A DNA stretch of 64,000 nt from Camelus dromedarius (GCF_036321535.1 NC_087437.1:23562001-23626000), one strand, 5' to 3'. Shown: positions 40,737 to 55,099, counted from the first letter of the stretch. Notes: generated from the letters alone by a model not told the origin. Translations and numbers: made by a program.

Positions 40737-41800
40737 TTCATTCACTCCTTCAAAAAATATTTATTGTGTGCTTACTCTATGCCAGACATTATTCTAGAGG
40801 TTGAAGATTCAAGAGTGAGAAGAGACAAAGAAGAGACAAAATATAAATCTTTGCCATCACAGAGTTTACATTCTAATTTAGGGGCACAAAAGCCAAAAAT
40901 AAATAAATAAATAAAAATTTCATCTAACTTACAGGGCTAGAGAAAAAGGGGGCAGGGGCATAGTGGGTCTTGAATGTGTTGCAGTTTGGGACAGAACGAT
41001 AGAGTTTCACCAAGGGTGACATAAAGTGTAGGAAGTGACCAAGCTCTGCAGGTCTCTGAGGGGAAGCTGTCCAGGAAGAGGGAGCCACAAAGAATCGGAA
41101 TGAGCCAGTTTAAGGCCACATACGTCCTTCGGGGAGAGAAGGGAGTTCACTACAGGCACCGAATACAGAGGAGACTCAGCAAGGGAGAAAATGAGACGAG
41201 TTCAGAAGTCAGAGTGAACCGACTATGCAGGGCCTAGAGGGTCACCGTGAAGATTTTGGCTTTTACTCCTAATGTCATGGGAGGCTATGAGAGGATGTTG
41301 AGAGCAAGGATGACTTAGCGGTCGTTAGCATACGATGGCTACTACCCCTGCTACTGCTGATACCGACACTGTCGCCCACCACGCAGATACTATTAACCTT
41401 TTAAGGCACATACTACCGCCATTCCAATTTCACATTTAAATATGCTGCCCCAAATTAAACAGACTCTAAATGGCAGGACCTAGATTTGAACCCAGACAGC
41501 CCGGCTCCAGCGTCTGTGCCCGTAACTGCTATGCAATTCTGTCTGCCATAATCTGACTAAAGTTTAACAGGGTTGCTCTGGTTGCTATGACTGAAATAGG
41601 TCAAGGGTCAAATCAGGAAGCCTGACTGGGGGAGAGTTTACAGCAATAATCCAGGCTGGTGGCCATGGTGATACGGACCAAGGAATGGCAGTAAAGAAGG
41701 TAACAAGCGCTCAGTTTGGGTATGTTCTGAAAGTAGATTAAACAAGCCAGACTGACAGATTAAATGTGGGGGTTGAGAGAAAGGAGTGAAGGGCTCCAGA
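40737..41800 (-). mobile_element. L2 (L2a-like) 3' portion, interrupted by a MIR
   Basis: ttcattcactccttcaaaaaatatttattgtgtgcttactctatgccagac (reverse-complement L2 end); gattttggcttttactcct; gcaataatccaggc; tgtgggggttgagagaaagg. Confidence 0.82.
41370..41545 (-). mobile_element. MIR fragment nested in L2
   Basis: taaatggcaggacctagatttgaacccagacagcccggctccagcgtctgtgcccgtaactgctatgc is the reverse complement of the MIR head. Confidence 0.7.
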
Positions 41801-43920
41801 TTATTTCAGAAGATTCACCTTAAAAATTCGTCTGCCGCATGCATAAAATGGTAAGGAAATGTTTAAATCAAAAGCAACTGCTGTGACCTCCAAGATGGTA
41901 AAACATGTGAATGCCACATTCCGGGTCCTGAAGAGGATACAGTTCCTATAACTTCTCTGTGTTGATACTTGTTTGCTGCCAGAGGCGTTATGGACACCAA
42001 CTCTCAGACAACCTACATGTGGACCAAGTGTTTTATTTGAATACATAGAACAGGATAATAGCTGAGCTCATCCTAAAATGTAAAGCTTTTCTGTACTTCA
42101 TAACATTTTACTTAGATTTTCACTGGTTTTAGGCAGAAATCAACATGCAGGGGGTTTTTCTGTTTTTTAAAAAAAATCTATTTGTAGAATAAACAAGCTA
42201 CCCTTGCACATTCCTGTACAAATGCCATCGCTTTAAGTCATTAGTAAGAAATGTGTTACAAGGATTAGAACATGTACGAAGAAAGGCAACTAGGGAAAAG
42301 AAAAGTCAGCTGCTGGCAAAGAGCAGTGTTAGAGGAAGGTCACTGTGAAAACGCTGACCCCTCCCGCCCTCCATCCCTCCTACCTCCCCTGTCTCCTGAA
42401 CAATCATATTCAATGACTACTGAGCTGCTACGCGCTAGAAATGAACAGCTCACCCACTGGTTCTTCAAAAAGAAGAACAAAATCATAGCAAGGCTTGAAG
42501 TAGTCATAAAATAGATACATACTTAAAGCAGATGTTTATAAAACAGCTCCCTATTGAATGCAGTCTAATCTCAGCAGTATAAAGCCACACGGAGATGCTC
42601 CTATATGGTGGGTCAGGGTGTATCTGAGAGTCAGCAGCTCATTCAGGGGCCGGGTGTGGCAGAAACCAAGGCCCACTAGTTGGGAAGCTTGGCCACTGTC
42701 ATGTGGGGCCAGCTGCTGGGCGGACGTCTCAAACTCTCAAGAAGTCTCTACACTCCAGAATCAAAGAAGACATTCCTTAGAGGGTTTCTGGTGTTACTCA
42801 TCAGAGAACTGCTTCCATTTCGCCGGGACCTAGAAACATGGATAAGCATTCAGTATTTCTTAGCATCCAACACACCTCCCTCCCTCTTAATTCCAAAATT
42901 TCTCAAAGTAGAAGAAAAGTCACAGTAATGTCATAAACTGGTATATTCTTAAATACATATGTACACCTCAAAGAATCTCAATCAAATGACATTACTTGGG
43001 TGTAGTTTTCCAGAAATTACCATATGGTTTAAAGCAAGATTAGAGAAGATCTCTCAAATTCACAAATTACTCTCTGGTAGCATTCTCAGCCACTGAGCAT
43101 TCCAGTAAGTTAAGCTGTGGTGTCTTTGGCCTTTCTCTAAACACTTCTTTATAGGAATCATTCTATAAAATACTATAACTAAGCAAACACTACCGAACAA
43201 ATATAACCTCTTCTTGATGCTTCATGATCATTGCTCACCGTACCTTCCAGTGACACAGTAATTCCCTAAAACGCATCTCATCCTACACAGCTATTTGTCT
43301 CCATGATGACTGGCCCCAGACAGAATGTTTCTCACATGCTGTTTCTGATCTTTAATTTCTTGGTCTGCATTTTGATGTCTGAGTGTCAGTACACCACACT
43401 TCTACCAATAACACAGCACATCTCTGCAGTTACTGTCACCTCGTAATTTTTATAATATATTACATACGCAGAGGTAGAAAACTTACTTGTTCCTACCGTG
43501 TATTAAATAAAGTCAGTAAATGGTTTCCCTATCTTTAATCATAAGTAATATAAAGAAACAGCTGGTAGTCTAGATTAATTATGGCCAAAGAGAAAAGTAC
43601 GAAGTTAACTACATTAAAACTAAAATTGCTGTATTTTACACATGTTCACCAATAATAAAATGACCACTACCACATGGAGTCTTTACAGATTCATCTTGTA
43701 GCTTACTTCAGCTGTATATACTCCCCAGATACAGTTTGCAAAATAAGATCTAACATTAGGAAAGTTCTTCTACTTTTTCTTGAAAGAATCAGGCTGACCT
43801 AAAACATTCTCAGGCTGAAGTAGTGAAAACTATCTCAGGCTTCCGTGGTATTTGCTGAAAAATCGTGTTGCTTTGATAACTATTAGAATAGCATGGAAAA
43901 AAATTCACAGCTCCTTCTGG

Positions 43921-43925
<5 letters not shown>

Positions 43926-43955
<30 letters not shown>
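43926..43955. repeat. (AC)15 microsatellite
   Basis: Read directly. Confidence 0.97.
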
Positions 43956-43957
<2 letters not shown>

Positions 43958-45584
43958 CCTACCTACAAATTCTCCTGCCGAAACAAAACAAGCAGTATTT
44001 GACAAGAAGGGAACCCTCTAGGCCTCTCCATACTCTCTGTCTTCTAGAAGATGTCATTTTGGACCCAATTAAAACCAAGACCTCAAGGAAAGATGAGTTC
44101 AGGTGAAGAAATGTGTTGTTCATATAAGGGGTGGAATTCAACATAATCCAACAACATCGACGTCCTATGTTCTGGGTTTTCTCACTTCCTCCCCTAGAGT
44201 CAGAGGATTGGTAACAATGCTCCTTACTATATCACTGACCAAACGTTCATGTCAGAAAACCACTTAACTAAGTTACAATTTAACACAATTCCTTCCTTCC
44301 TTTTCAAAAAGAGAAAGAAAACATTTATCCCTTTGAAAGTAACTCAAAATAACCATGACTGAAGCTACTGCTGTTACTTAACGTTCTTCATTAAAAGAAA
44401 ACATTTTTTTTCCTAAAGAGATTTTTGTCACCTAAACCAGTGCAAAGTTTTTTCCAATAAGTAGACAATTACATAATCCAACAAGTTTCCTGGTTTGACT
44501 CAATTAGCAAGAAGTGTTAGTGCCAAATTTCACTGTCCAGCTGCACCAAACTAACCCCTCTTGATGTTTCCCTCTACTAATTTTTTCCTCTCTCTGCCTA
44601 TTCGTTTTCAGTCTCCTTTTCCAGTTTTCCTTCTTCCAACTGCTTCTGAAAACTTAAGACTGGCAGAGATCACAATCACTAGGGACCTTTCTCCAGCGAC
44701 AGGGTGGCTGCATTTTTATGCAAAGGGTGGTCAGTGAATATCCTACAAAACCCAGACCTCTCCTATCACAAGGTTAATTTTCCCACTGAACTAAATGGAA
44801 AGCCAGGGGAGAGGGGAGTATTTTCCAGGCACATAAATATCCCATGTTTGTCGTTAAGCGTAATTTAAGCATCACAGATAACAATAAAAGCTAAACTCAT
44901 AATAAGGCTTTTTGATTAATAGACTGCATCAAATTTTAAGAGAGGGGCATGGTCAGCACATTCCAATCTCCTGTCAAATCAAGGCACTTCATGCCTTGGT
45001 GCAAACCACCGCCGACTCAGGGATGCACCACAGCAGTGCTGATCATGAAGGGTCATGAAGCTGGATTCCCCTGACCCCACTGGTTCCCAACTCACTTGCT
45101 TTGGTTATACAACAATTTCCACAAACTTAAAAATCTGACTCAAGCTGTTCCCTAATTTTTCAGCCCTTTAACTACCATGTTGCAGAGCGCTCTCTTCCAA
45201 GCTCACAGCTCCGTGAATCACAGCAGCTGCTCTGGCCTTCTTCCTGGACTTTTAACACTCCGACTTCCCTTGCAAAATGCCTGCTGTGGGGGCCTGTTTT
45301 TCAGCACTCACACCCTACTGAATAAACACTTCGATAACGACATTATAGGCATCAAAAAGACTATGACCTTTAATAATTGTGATTATGAAGATAACTATAA
45401 AGTAGTCAGCAAAATCCTTCACAAGGACGTTTTAATCCATGTGAGCCAGAGGGAGAATATCAAGAACGGCAAGTAGCCACTCCTAACTGATGTGGGCTCT
45501 GGCAAATGTCAACTTTTAACACGCAAAACGGGAACTCCTCTGCTCCTCTCACTCCCCACTGAGCTGTCTGCCAGGACGGAATCC

Positions 45585-46250
45585 AGCCTTGCTCACCCAC
45601 CTTCTCTGTGACTGGGCACCATCACCTCCTCCCTGGATCCTGAAGTGGCCTCCTAAGGCATCTCCCCGCATTTACCCGGCCCACGTCAGTCTTCTCTGCC
45701 CTGCCACCAGGAGGACCCGTCTACAACTCTGGACCCTGGAGGCTACACTGTGCAGCCACCCAGCAGAGAGGCCCCAGGGAGAATAGGGCTGAAACCCAGC
45801 CCTACTCCATTCATAGGAGGTAACTTACTCTAATTCACACAGATCTTGGCCCTTTTTACCTCAAAATATTCCAGTGGTTTCCTCCTTGTTCTCAATAAAG
45901 TCCAAACTCCTTAGCAGAGTCTCCAAGTCCCTAAGTGATCTGGTCCTGACTGTCATTCTGATCTCTTGGCATGCCAGCCCCTCCCTGCCCCACTGCAGGC
46001 ACAGGGAAAACTTACTGCTCCGAGGACACATCAAGCACATTCTACCCTCAGGGCATTTGCCCTTGTCATCATTGCTGCCTGTAAAGCTTGCTCTTCCCCC
46101 AGCTACGACCCCCCCTTTTTAGGTCTGAGCCCAAAAGTAACCAGAAGGAAAAGCCTTCCCTGAAAGTGGAATCCAAAATGGCATTTCCAGTCTCAGCATT
46201 CTTGCCTCCTGCCTCGTTTTACTTTTCTCCCTAGTGCTCACACCTGCTGG
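45585..46250 (+). mobile_element. L2 fragment
   Basis: caccatcacctcctccctgga, aataaagtccaaactccttagc, ccctcagggcatttgcccttg, gccttccctga. Confidence 0.72.
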
Positions 46251-46579
46251 GTACCTCTACCACCGATCGGACGATGCAACTCACAGAGGAAACAGCAGTG
46301 ACTAAAAAAAAAGAAGGCTTTTACATTGGCAAGTAGAGAAATAAATCACCATAAATTTAAGAAATAAAAAAGGAGGATAAAGAGAAGCAAACCTTATTTC
46401 CCCCTAAAAACGAGAAGAGACTCTTTACAAAGTAATGCTGCTGGGAATTCCATGCTGCAGACCCCGTGGTACCCAGTTAGGGCAGAGAACAATCCATACA
46501 ACCTTCCGGAAAGCAACTCGAGACTACGAAACAAGAGATAGAAGAGTTGTTCACGTCCTTTGGTTTCAGTATTTTGTTT

Positions 46580-47075
46580 CTTGGACCTATCCTGTACAAA
46601 GAGAAACCAAAATCATTTTCAAAACCATCCTGACAGTACTATTTCTGTTAGCACAAAAATGCAAACAATTATATCCAATAGTGTTCTACACTGGATATCA
46701 CATATTAGATATTGTTATAGTGGCTATAAAAATTATGGTATAATCCCATGACCGACATCAAAATATTACTTTAAAATCATGACTTGAAGAGTACTCGAAG
46801 CTGCAGGAAAATACTTCCAACACAGTGTTTTGTGAATAAGGTAGAATGCAAATTATTTCCTTATGCTTGTCGATATGTGTATGTATCCTGATTTTATAAA
46901 GAAAACATATGGAGATATATGAACAGAAGAAAGGAAAAAATTACTACCACAATATCTTATGTTGTTTACTAATGGCAGTGGGACCATGACAAATTTAATT
47001 TATTCTTCTTAAATGTCTTCATTTTCTGTTATAAACATTTATTTTCACTGTAATCAAAAAATACAATTTTTAAAT
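46580..47075 (+). mobile_element. Old L1ME-type 3' fragment
   Basis: Degenerate L1ME-like 3' UTR ending ataaacatttattttcactgtaatcaaaaaa. Confidence 0.5.
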
Positions 47076-47349
47076 GAAGTTAGACCATTTTCTTGAAGTC
47101 TGTTATATCCTAGTTATTACTGATTCCTACTTGTGCTTCACCATTTCTTACAAGAAATCTGTCATTTCTTACCAGAGCTTGCAGAATGATTTATAGATTT
47201 AAAAAATTATTAGAGAAGGCTAAACGGACTGAATACTGAGCATATGTTATTGCATTAGGCACATGCCAGCAAAATAAATCCAGATTCACCATAGATTTAT
47301 TTTTATCTTCATCAAAATAAAAGCAAAAATTTTTGAGATGTATCATTTT

Positions 47350-47351
<2 letters not shown>

Positions 47352-47382
<31 letters not shown>
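47352..47382. repeat. (AC)15 microsatellite
   Basis: Read directly. Confidence 0.97.
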
Positions 47383-47383
<1 letters not shown>

Positions 47384-49859
47384 CCAAACAGCTAAAATTC
47401 CCATGGCAGCATATTAACCTATATAGGTAATTAAACAAACCCATCCATTTCCAATCCAATGTTGTTTGTTTGTTCATTTTAACACTGAACTGTATATACT
47501 CATCACTTGGAAATGTCACAAACAACAAGCAAAGCAAATGTACTTTAAAAATAAATAAATGCCACGTGTAGATGGGAAGAACCTGGAAAACTCAAGTAAA
47601 ATTGAAATATATTTGCATGTCCTAACTCTAACAAATTTGGGGGAAAATCAACATTCTAATTCTAATGCAAAATAATCTTCTGTAGATTTGCTCAGCACAA
47701 GTTTCAGCCACAAGTTTATTTATAGTTTCTGCTATGAGCAAAGAAACTACAAAAGTAAGAAAAAGTATTACATGAAAAACAAACTTCCAAATAAAAATCA
47801 CTAAAAATAAATGTATAAATATGAAGTGTAGTTATGGTGATCCACAAAAGTTTTGAGAGGTTTTTTTTCCGGTACTTTTGCTTTCATAAATACTTAAGAA
47901 GTGGAGTCAAATAAAATCCTTCCTTCCTAAATGAGACTGCATTTTTCCATTATCTCTTGACCTTCTCAAATTCCAGAAGCCTTGAGTAAGCCCCAGTTGT
48001 TTCATCTCAGAAAAGTCACTTTAGCCAGCTAAGCACTTACTGAAATTAATAGGGTGTTGTATAAGATGAACGCATTAGAAAATAAGAAAAAAAAGATAAA
48101 CAGCTGAATGTCAAACAAACACTATAAAATGGTAATTAGAGATAAGCTGCACCACACTGTCTCCCACATAAGTTATGAGCCACTGCCCTAAAACTGGGCG
48201 GCAAGGGGAGATAAATTCCTATTACTTAAACACCTCTATTTTACAGTTTTATTTCATTTTTCCATGACTGCCTTCAGTAATTGTTCTTCTTAAAATCTGA
48301 GAACGTATTCAATAAGCTTCAAACTTTATAACAGAACCCATGTTAATAAATACAGCATGTGTTCCATGTAATGCTGAGCCCACACTTGCATTCCTACTGT
48401 CCAAAAGACATACGTTTCTAAAAGTTTATGGAATGATTTATCAAGCTCCAAGGAGAACAATCACTGAAGAAAGTCATGGAAAAAAATAAATATTAAAGCT
48501 ACATTTCCCCCAATTCCTTTGGAGCTAAGCTTCTAGATGAAAACCATGCCCCTCCTTTCAGATGTATTCCTGTGAAATTTGGAAGACAGATGGTCCTCCC
48601 ACCACTTCTGGCCGTTTCTATTGGAAAATACGGTCAGGAAGATGTGGGGTTCCCCTATCTCCGTGTTCCAGTCCTCCAGTCTGTGAGGGAGGGGGGAGAC
48701 ACACAGATAGATATGCAGCAGAAGCAGCGGGTGAATTCGGCTTCCCTGTGTCTAGTCACCAGCTTCGGGTGCAGAAGTCAGGGGAGACAGCTTCCTGGTC
48801 CTGGGATTACATTGATAGCAGCATATTTGTGTCTCAATAGTTCTAAAGGAGGCGTCCTGACTCCCCCTGAGTTAGGACTGAGGTTGTAAGCCCCTAGTCT
48901 GGTCAGCCCTGCCTGCTGTTCTAGGAGTCAATGCTGGAGGCTCAGCCTAAAGCCTGCCCTTCCAGCCCTTCCATTAACTGCGCAGACCCGTAATTCTGCT
49001 CGAGATAGCTAGCATGGCGTTCCTTCCCTGAAGGGAACGCTGACACACACAGGTGCCCAGTCCCCTCATTAGCTGTGGCTGAGGTGACCCACGGGTTATC
49101 TGACTGCCCTTCTATAGGGCAAAGAAACTTCCAGACACTTGCAGTTCCGAGGCACAGCAATTCAGACTCGGTGCCAACAATAAGAGATTCTGCCTCTGAC
49201 ATCTTGCAGTTTAAAATCCAGCTGAGAACGTGACGTTAATTCACATGAAAAGACTGAGAATAACATACTAAACCCCTAACTAAGTAACAAATGATAAATT
49301 AGCGAGCTACATGGCAGGAGTCCAGCGCAGAGGGGAGAACAAAGGACTAGGAAGCACCGTGGATACAGCATTGAACATAGCGAAGGTCAAAATGTAGACC
49401 AAAAGTCTGGGGTGCAGCTTCTTGGACTGGAGAAGCAGAAACAGTAGTGAGGGGAAGTGTTCAAACACATCATCTTTAACAAAGTTTCCAGTTCTAACAA
49501 GATGATTTTTGGAGAATACTTTGGTAACTTGTCATCAAAAACAGCTTCGGTAACACCCATTCACGCTTCACAATGCTGCCGGCCACACTATAGTTGTAAG
49601 GTTTCTCTCCTGCTCTTTGGTACCCTGCTACTTACTGGGGCACCCAGAATACTGGCCCCTTTCTGCTGACCATGTTCCGTTAGCACAAGGCCGTCATTAC
49701 AGGGGACCAACATGATCTGCAGAAAGTCAGAGCTTCCCTGGCAGTTCAACTCTATTAAAGCATTATGTAGGCCAAACAGAGAACAGTTTATGTATGACGT
49801 CTTTTGCAGGTAATTGTACATCTTTCTTTCTTCTCCTCTTCCTAAGCATTTTCTCATGT

Positions 49860-50290
49860 CATTCAATATCCTTTTACAAATAATTTTTAAATGGCTGTAA
49901 AATATTCCATCATGTTACTTTATATTCATTAAACTACTCTCTAATTACTAGGGATTTAGAATTTTTAAATGTTTGTTATTAGAAGTAATGTTGTGATAAA
50001 CTTTTTGATTATAAACGTTTTCATCTCTATCTCCTTAAAAGAAATTTCTAGACATGAAATCACTGAACAGAGTATAAAGATGTTTAATGCCCTGGATTCA
50101 TGCTGACAAACTGTCCTCCAGAAATGGTGTACTGATAATTAATCATGTTTTAGAGGGCTCATTCCCCACATTCTGACCAGCACTGATACCAACATCCTTT
50201 TTAACTTTTACAAACCTGAATGTTAAAATTTCGTGTTACTACTGTTCTAATATCTATTTTATGGTGCTATAAAGCTGAATATTTTCAGGT
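49860..50290 (-). mobile_element. Old L1ME-type ORF2-end fragment
   Basis: tttttaaatggctgtaaaatattccat, aatttctagacatgaaatcactg, caaactgtcctccagaaatggtgtac, ttccccacattctgaccagcact. Confidence 0.7.
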
Positions 50291-50561
50291 GAAAAAACAA
50301 AAAACAAACCAAAAAACAGCTTCATGAACAGGGAAACTGGAGGCATTAAAAATAAGTAGGATTTTGACAGTGGGAAGAAACTGGAAAAACAGATATGACT
50401 AAAAAAAAAGATAAAAAGCATTGTCTCTTGGTTGGATAAGAAGTCCAGTCTGAATATCGAGTGAAAACTGGGAAATAATGATAAATACATTGGGAAACAG
50501 GAAAGGCATGGGAACTTTCTAAACAGAGCAGTGAAATTAGACATGTGCCGTCAGACTACGG

Positions 50562-50781
50562 CAAAGTTTCTCAACCTCATCTCTACTGATGTTTGGGGCC
50601 AAATAGTTCTTTCTGGTCGGGGGCACGCTGTGCACTGTCAGCAGCATCCTGGTCTCTAACCACAGGGTACAAGTAGTACCCACCACTCCTGACAATCAAA
50701 AATGTTTCCAGACATTACCAAACATTGCATGGGATGGGGGGAGGGGGAAGGGCAAAAAGCCAACACAGCTAAAAGCTACCG
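50562..50781. mobile_element. MER20 hAT-Charlie element
   Basis: gtttctcaacctc...actgatgtttggggccaaatagttcttt...gcagcatcctggtctcta...tgacaatcaaaaatgtttccagacatt. Confidence 0.85.
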
Positions 50782-51759
50782 GACTTGAGGAAGATTAGTA
50801 TGGAAAGATGAGGCAAGTTAATTTAACAATTTAAGAAGCAATTATAACTGTGTGTATAATCATTCTGTGATTGCGCCCAGACCAAGAGTTGCAACACGCA
50901 ATAAATAGTGATGCAACCTACAGGGAGCTACGGCGAACCGGAGTGCACCAGTATCACCTGCAGGGGGAGCTCTCCTCACATCTGCCTGCCGTGGCTGCCA
51001 TGTGGGCCGGCAAATCAATCCAGGTCTCCAGGCCTCCTCCCCACCCCAGCCAACCCCGAGAAATAAATTCCAGACTTTTAAATAAAATGTCCTGATTTTA
51101 AAAACATAGGACTTAGTTCAAGTTTTCTGAAAAACAATATGCAGGCTGAATTTGACCTTCAAGCTGCCAGAGATCAGTCGCCCCCACTAAGGTGGTGATA
51201 ACTTAAAGGGGGGTTTAGGAGGAGAAATTGATGGATTTTGATAAAACAAACAATAAAAAGACAGTTTTGAGAACAGAGGGCGGAAGGGAACTTGAATAAG
51301 TATTTGATGACACGAAAGAATTGCTACTGAGTGTGACAGCAGTCTTAAGATTTTGTTTTTAAACAGGCCTTATCTGTTTGCAATATTCAATGATATAAAA
51401 ATATTCTTTCCACTACAGATTAAACCAAAAAGAGACAGAGAAAATAATGGGTGAAACTCAACATATCTGTATATCAAGAATAAATAAGAGGAACGAAGAA
51501 AAGTGATTCAAAATTGTGAATTTGAGTAAGTAATCCAAGAACATTATCAAAGAAACTGCACCACTAAATCTATTTCCTTTGGGTTCCCTTGGAAAAGGTT
51601 GTCTTTATATCTTAACTTGTGAAAACTTATTTTCTAGAATTCACTGGAAGCCTAAACTTTTCTCTCCACTTTATCATTCAGAATACAAGAATTAATTCCA
51701 TACATTGTATGTTTCACTTTAGAATAATGCTAATTATACTGTTTAAAATAATAAATTCA

Positions 51760-52005
51760 GTTAGCAGCACTTACTGAGAAATTTCTGTTTGCAGACACTG
51801 TGCTAAGCTTCTTACTGGCATTATCACATTTAGTTTTCAAGTCAACCTCAGGGAGCAATAATCATTATAAATAAAGAGACTATGATTCAGAGAGGTTAAG
51901 TAACTTGTTTCTAGGACAATCAGCAAACAAGTGGTAGAGATGGGATTTAAATTTAGGTTGTCCAATTCCAAAATCCCATCCCCTTAGCCATTATTCTACA
52001 TTGTC
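51760..52005 (-). mobile_element. Near full-length MIR
   Basis: gcacttactgag...cagacactgtgctaagc...tcagagaggttaagtaacttg...aagtggtagagatgggatttaaa. Confidence 0.85.
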
Positions 52006-55000
52006 TCCCCTGGGGCATCTTTCATAATTAGCATACAAGCAGTTTGTGAACAACTGGCCTTAAAATAAATCACGTATTCCAGTAACCCAGGCAAGCTCAT
52101 ACATACATTTAAATCGCATTTAAAGGTGTCTTGCCCCCATCCGTTCAGAGAACCCTCTCTGGCTTTATCTAGAAAGCAAGCATTCCCTCCTGTACCACTT
52201 GTGCAGTTGCCCTAAAGTTTAAAGCGCAAACTAGCAACATTCTCAAATTCTTAATAATAATTCAGGATGAAAGTGGGACCAATGCCACTTTCCAGATAAT
52301 TCAAAGCACAATGAACTTGCACCTCAATTTATCAGAAACACCCAGAAATGAGAAGCACCCTCTTCCACCATGGAACACGTCCATGGTTGCCATCATAGAC
52401 ACAGTGCCTAAGTTTCCAAACCTCTGCTGGTCACCACAGCAACCAGCGAATTCCCTGTAACCAAATGAAAAGCAAATCCAGTACTGCACACCGTCTCAGG
52501 GTGCACGGCCCACCAGGACCCACGACAGGGGATGCAGGCTGGGAGTCGTGGTGTGGCAGGAATGGCTGGGATGTACAGTTTATTCCAGTTAATATGAAAT
52601 GCTACACCATCAATTAGCATAATCCAGGTAAGTAAATTCCTCATATGAAAATATTCAAACCCACATTTCCGCTGAGGGTGTGTCCAATTTTACATAAGCA
52701 AACTTGTAATGCATTTGAGGCAGTGGCACTTACACATATTTCTGAATTAATTGCCTGAACCCACTGAAATCACGCATTTTATACTTGTCTATCATGCTTA
52801 CAAACAATTTCACTTCCTCTCCTCCACTTAATCTCCGCCTCCCATCACCTCTTCACACTGAATAAGACTCACTTTCCAAAAGGATTTTCTACAACTCACA
52901 TATGCTTTAACCTTATTCAAACATGGACTGCTCTGACACTTACTAAGAAAAAGTCATACCTTGCATCAGCAAAGAATTTAAATTCAGTTTTAGAAAAGGA
53001 GATATAACTGTCGACTGCAGACATTGCTTAAGTTTACATGCATGGCTTAAAACAAGCCTTAGTTTATCTTTTACCTCAGCCTGAAAAATCTTACCTATCC
53101 ACTCAGCCATAAACTGTAACCCACCACAGTGCTGCTGCTACTGGTATATAATAGAGCCATTCAGTGACTCACTATGAAGGAGGGGGTTTGGCTATATAGG
53201 ATTATGTACCCTAAGAAAAAACTCTGTGCTTACACTTGAGGGACATAAATGTATCAACTACTTTATATTAAACAGTAACACAAAGGGTAATCATTTTAAT
53301 AAAACGGACTTTTCTTCAACCTTACCTACCCTACAGGAGAAACATCTGCTAACGCTTCCTCGCTTATTCAATAAATCACAGTTCATCTCCAAAAACAACA
53401 TCCAGACTAAATGGCTCTGTGATTTTTGGTAATCTTACATTTGAAAAAGTAACAATGGTATGTTTTCAAATATCAAGCCACCCTCTTTCCCATCCAGCTG
53501 TTTAATTTGAACTGTTTCCTTCAATTTACATAAAATCTCTCTGCAGCAGTAGGAAAAATAGCCAGAAAAAGAGAAAAAGCACTGGACACCATTACCACGA
53601 CCAAGGATTGGGTCTGTATGAGACTTCACCACTTACTACGCATGTTCCATCCTAGAGGTGCAAACACACGTGGAACAGACGTTACTGCGACAATGGTTGA
53701 GCAGTATATATCAAAGAGAAGTCCAGATCGAAAGGCATTCCATCTTTCTACTCCATTCTCAAGGCTTAACAGTCATCTCTGTGCAGACACACACACAATG
53801 CACACAGATACTTTTCTTCCAGGAGCTGATTTTCTTTATATTTACCATGTTTCTAGTTTACTAAATGCAATCATATTTTAAAGATATTTAATGACTCTAA
53901 AAAGTGATTTGATAAGTGTTTCAAGAATATTTTGGAGGAGGGCTTCCATTTTTCAATAGTACATTTCATTAAAAAATTCTTTAACTTCTAAAGAGGTACC
54001 AGCATCACTTTTGTTAACCAACAGAACTAAAATGGTCAGGACTGAAATATAGGACTATAAAGTTATTTTTAAAAACCACTTACAATATTTAAATATACTG
54101 AGTTATGATTCTTCTCAGAAGACAGAAAACAGCTGCACATAAACACCAGACTGTTTTTTTCCTCTCGCATTAAAACACTTGGAATATTTTTAAATGTAAA
54201 TTTAATTCTAGTTATTCTTGGCCTTACCTTCTTACCTCTAAATCAAAAGTTAATTAGGGGAAAAAAAACAATATTGAAGTCTAAGTCTAGCTCCTGATAG
54301 AATAACTGGAATATTAAAATACAAAATAACTTTGTATCTTTGTTTACTTTTGCCTCACATATATTAATAGTAAGTTTCCTTGAGGTCTCTTTTCTGATGC
54401 CTGCAGCTCTTTGTCTCTGCTACACATCCTGACGTTTAGAATTCAGACCATCAAACAGCAGAGGCAGAGAGATCATAAATCACAGAGATGTCGGAGAGGC
54501 AAGGGAACTGTCTCAAGGTTGGTGAGGGAAGGGTCAGAGCGACGTCCAGATGTCTATCCTCTTGCCCAAAGGCCAGGCTTCACCATAAGTGCTTCTTTGA
54601 CTTGTTCAATTTTACACATGCATTATTTTCCCTGTAAGAATCTTAGAATTTTCAATGTAGAATAGGAACCAAGCCTAATGCATTTTTTGTCTGTCATGTT
54701 TTGTTTTTCTATTCTTCCCCCACATAAGGCAATTCAGAACAGACTAGCCACTCACTGAATAAATACTCACTGAGTTGAATTTTTAAATATTAATTGTCAC
54801 CTTTCAGAGTTTCACACACTAGTAATTATCTGTAGCATACATTTGTATCTAAGAAGTTATAACAGTGTTAATTACCTCTAGAAAAAAAAATGTATTCTGG
54901 CAGATCTTTTAAAGGTAACTAAGTAAATGTAGATTTATTAAAGTATGTATGTTCATAAAAACAAATGTAAATTACTACTCAAAACCAAGAATTAAAGCAA

Positions 55001-55099
55001 TATCAAAAATACAAAAACTTACCCACGGAAGAAAACAAATGGCTAGTGTTATGCTGACAGGTACCCACGGAACTACAGAAATACGCAGCCCACCTACGT

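Noticed and set aside
11001..53171. Scattered AP-1 (TGAGTCA) sites
   Set aside because: The handful seen is about what chance gives for a 7-mer on both strands of 64 kb.
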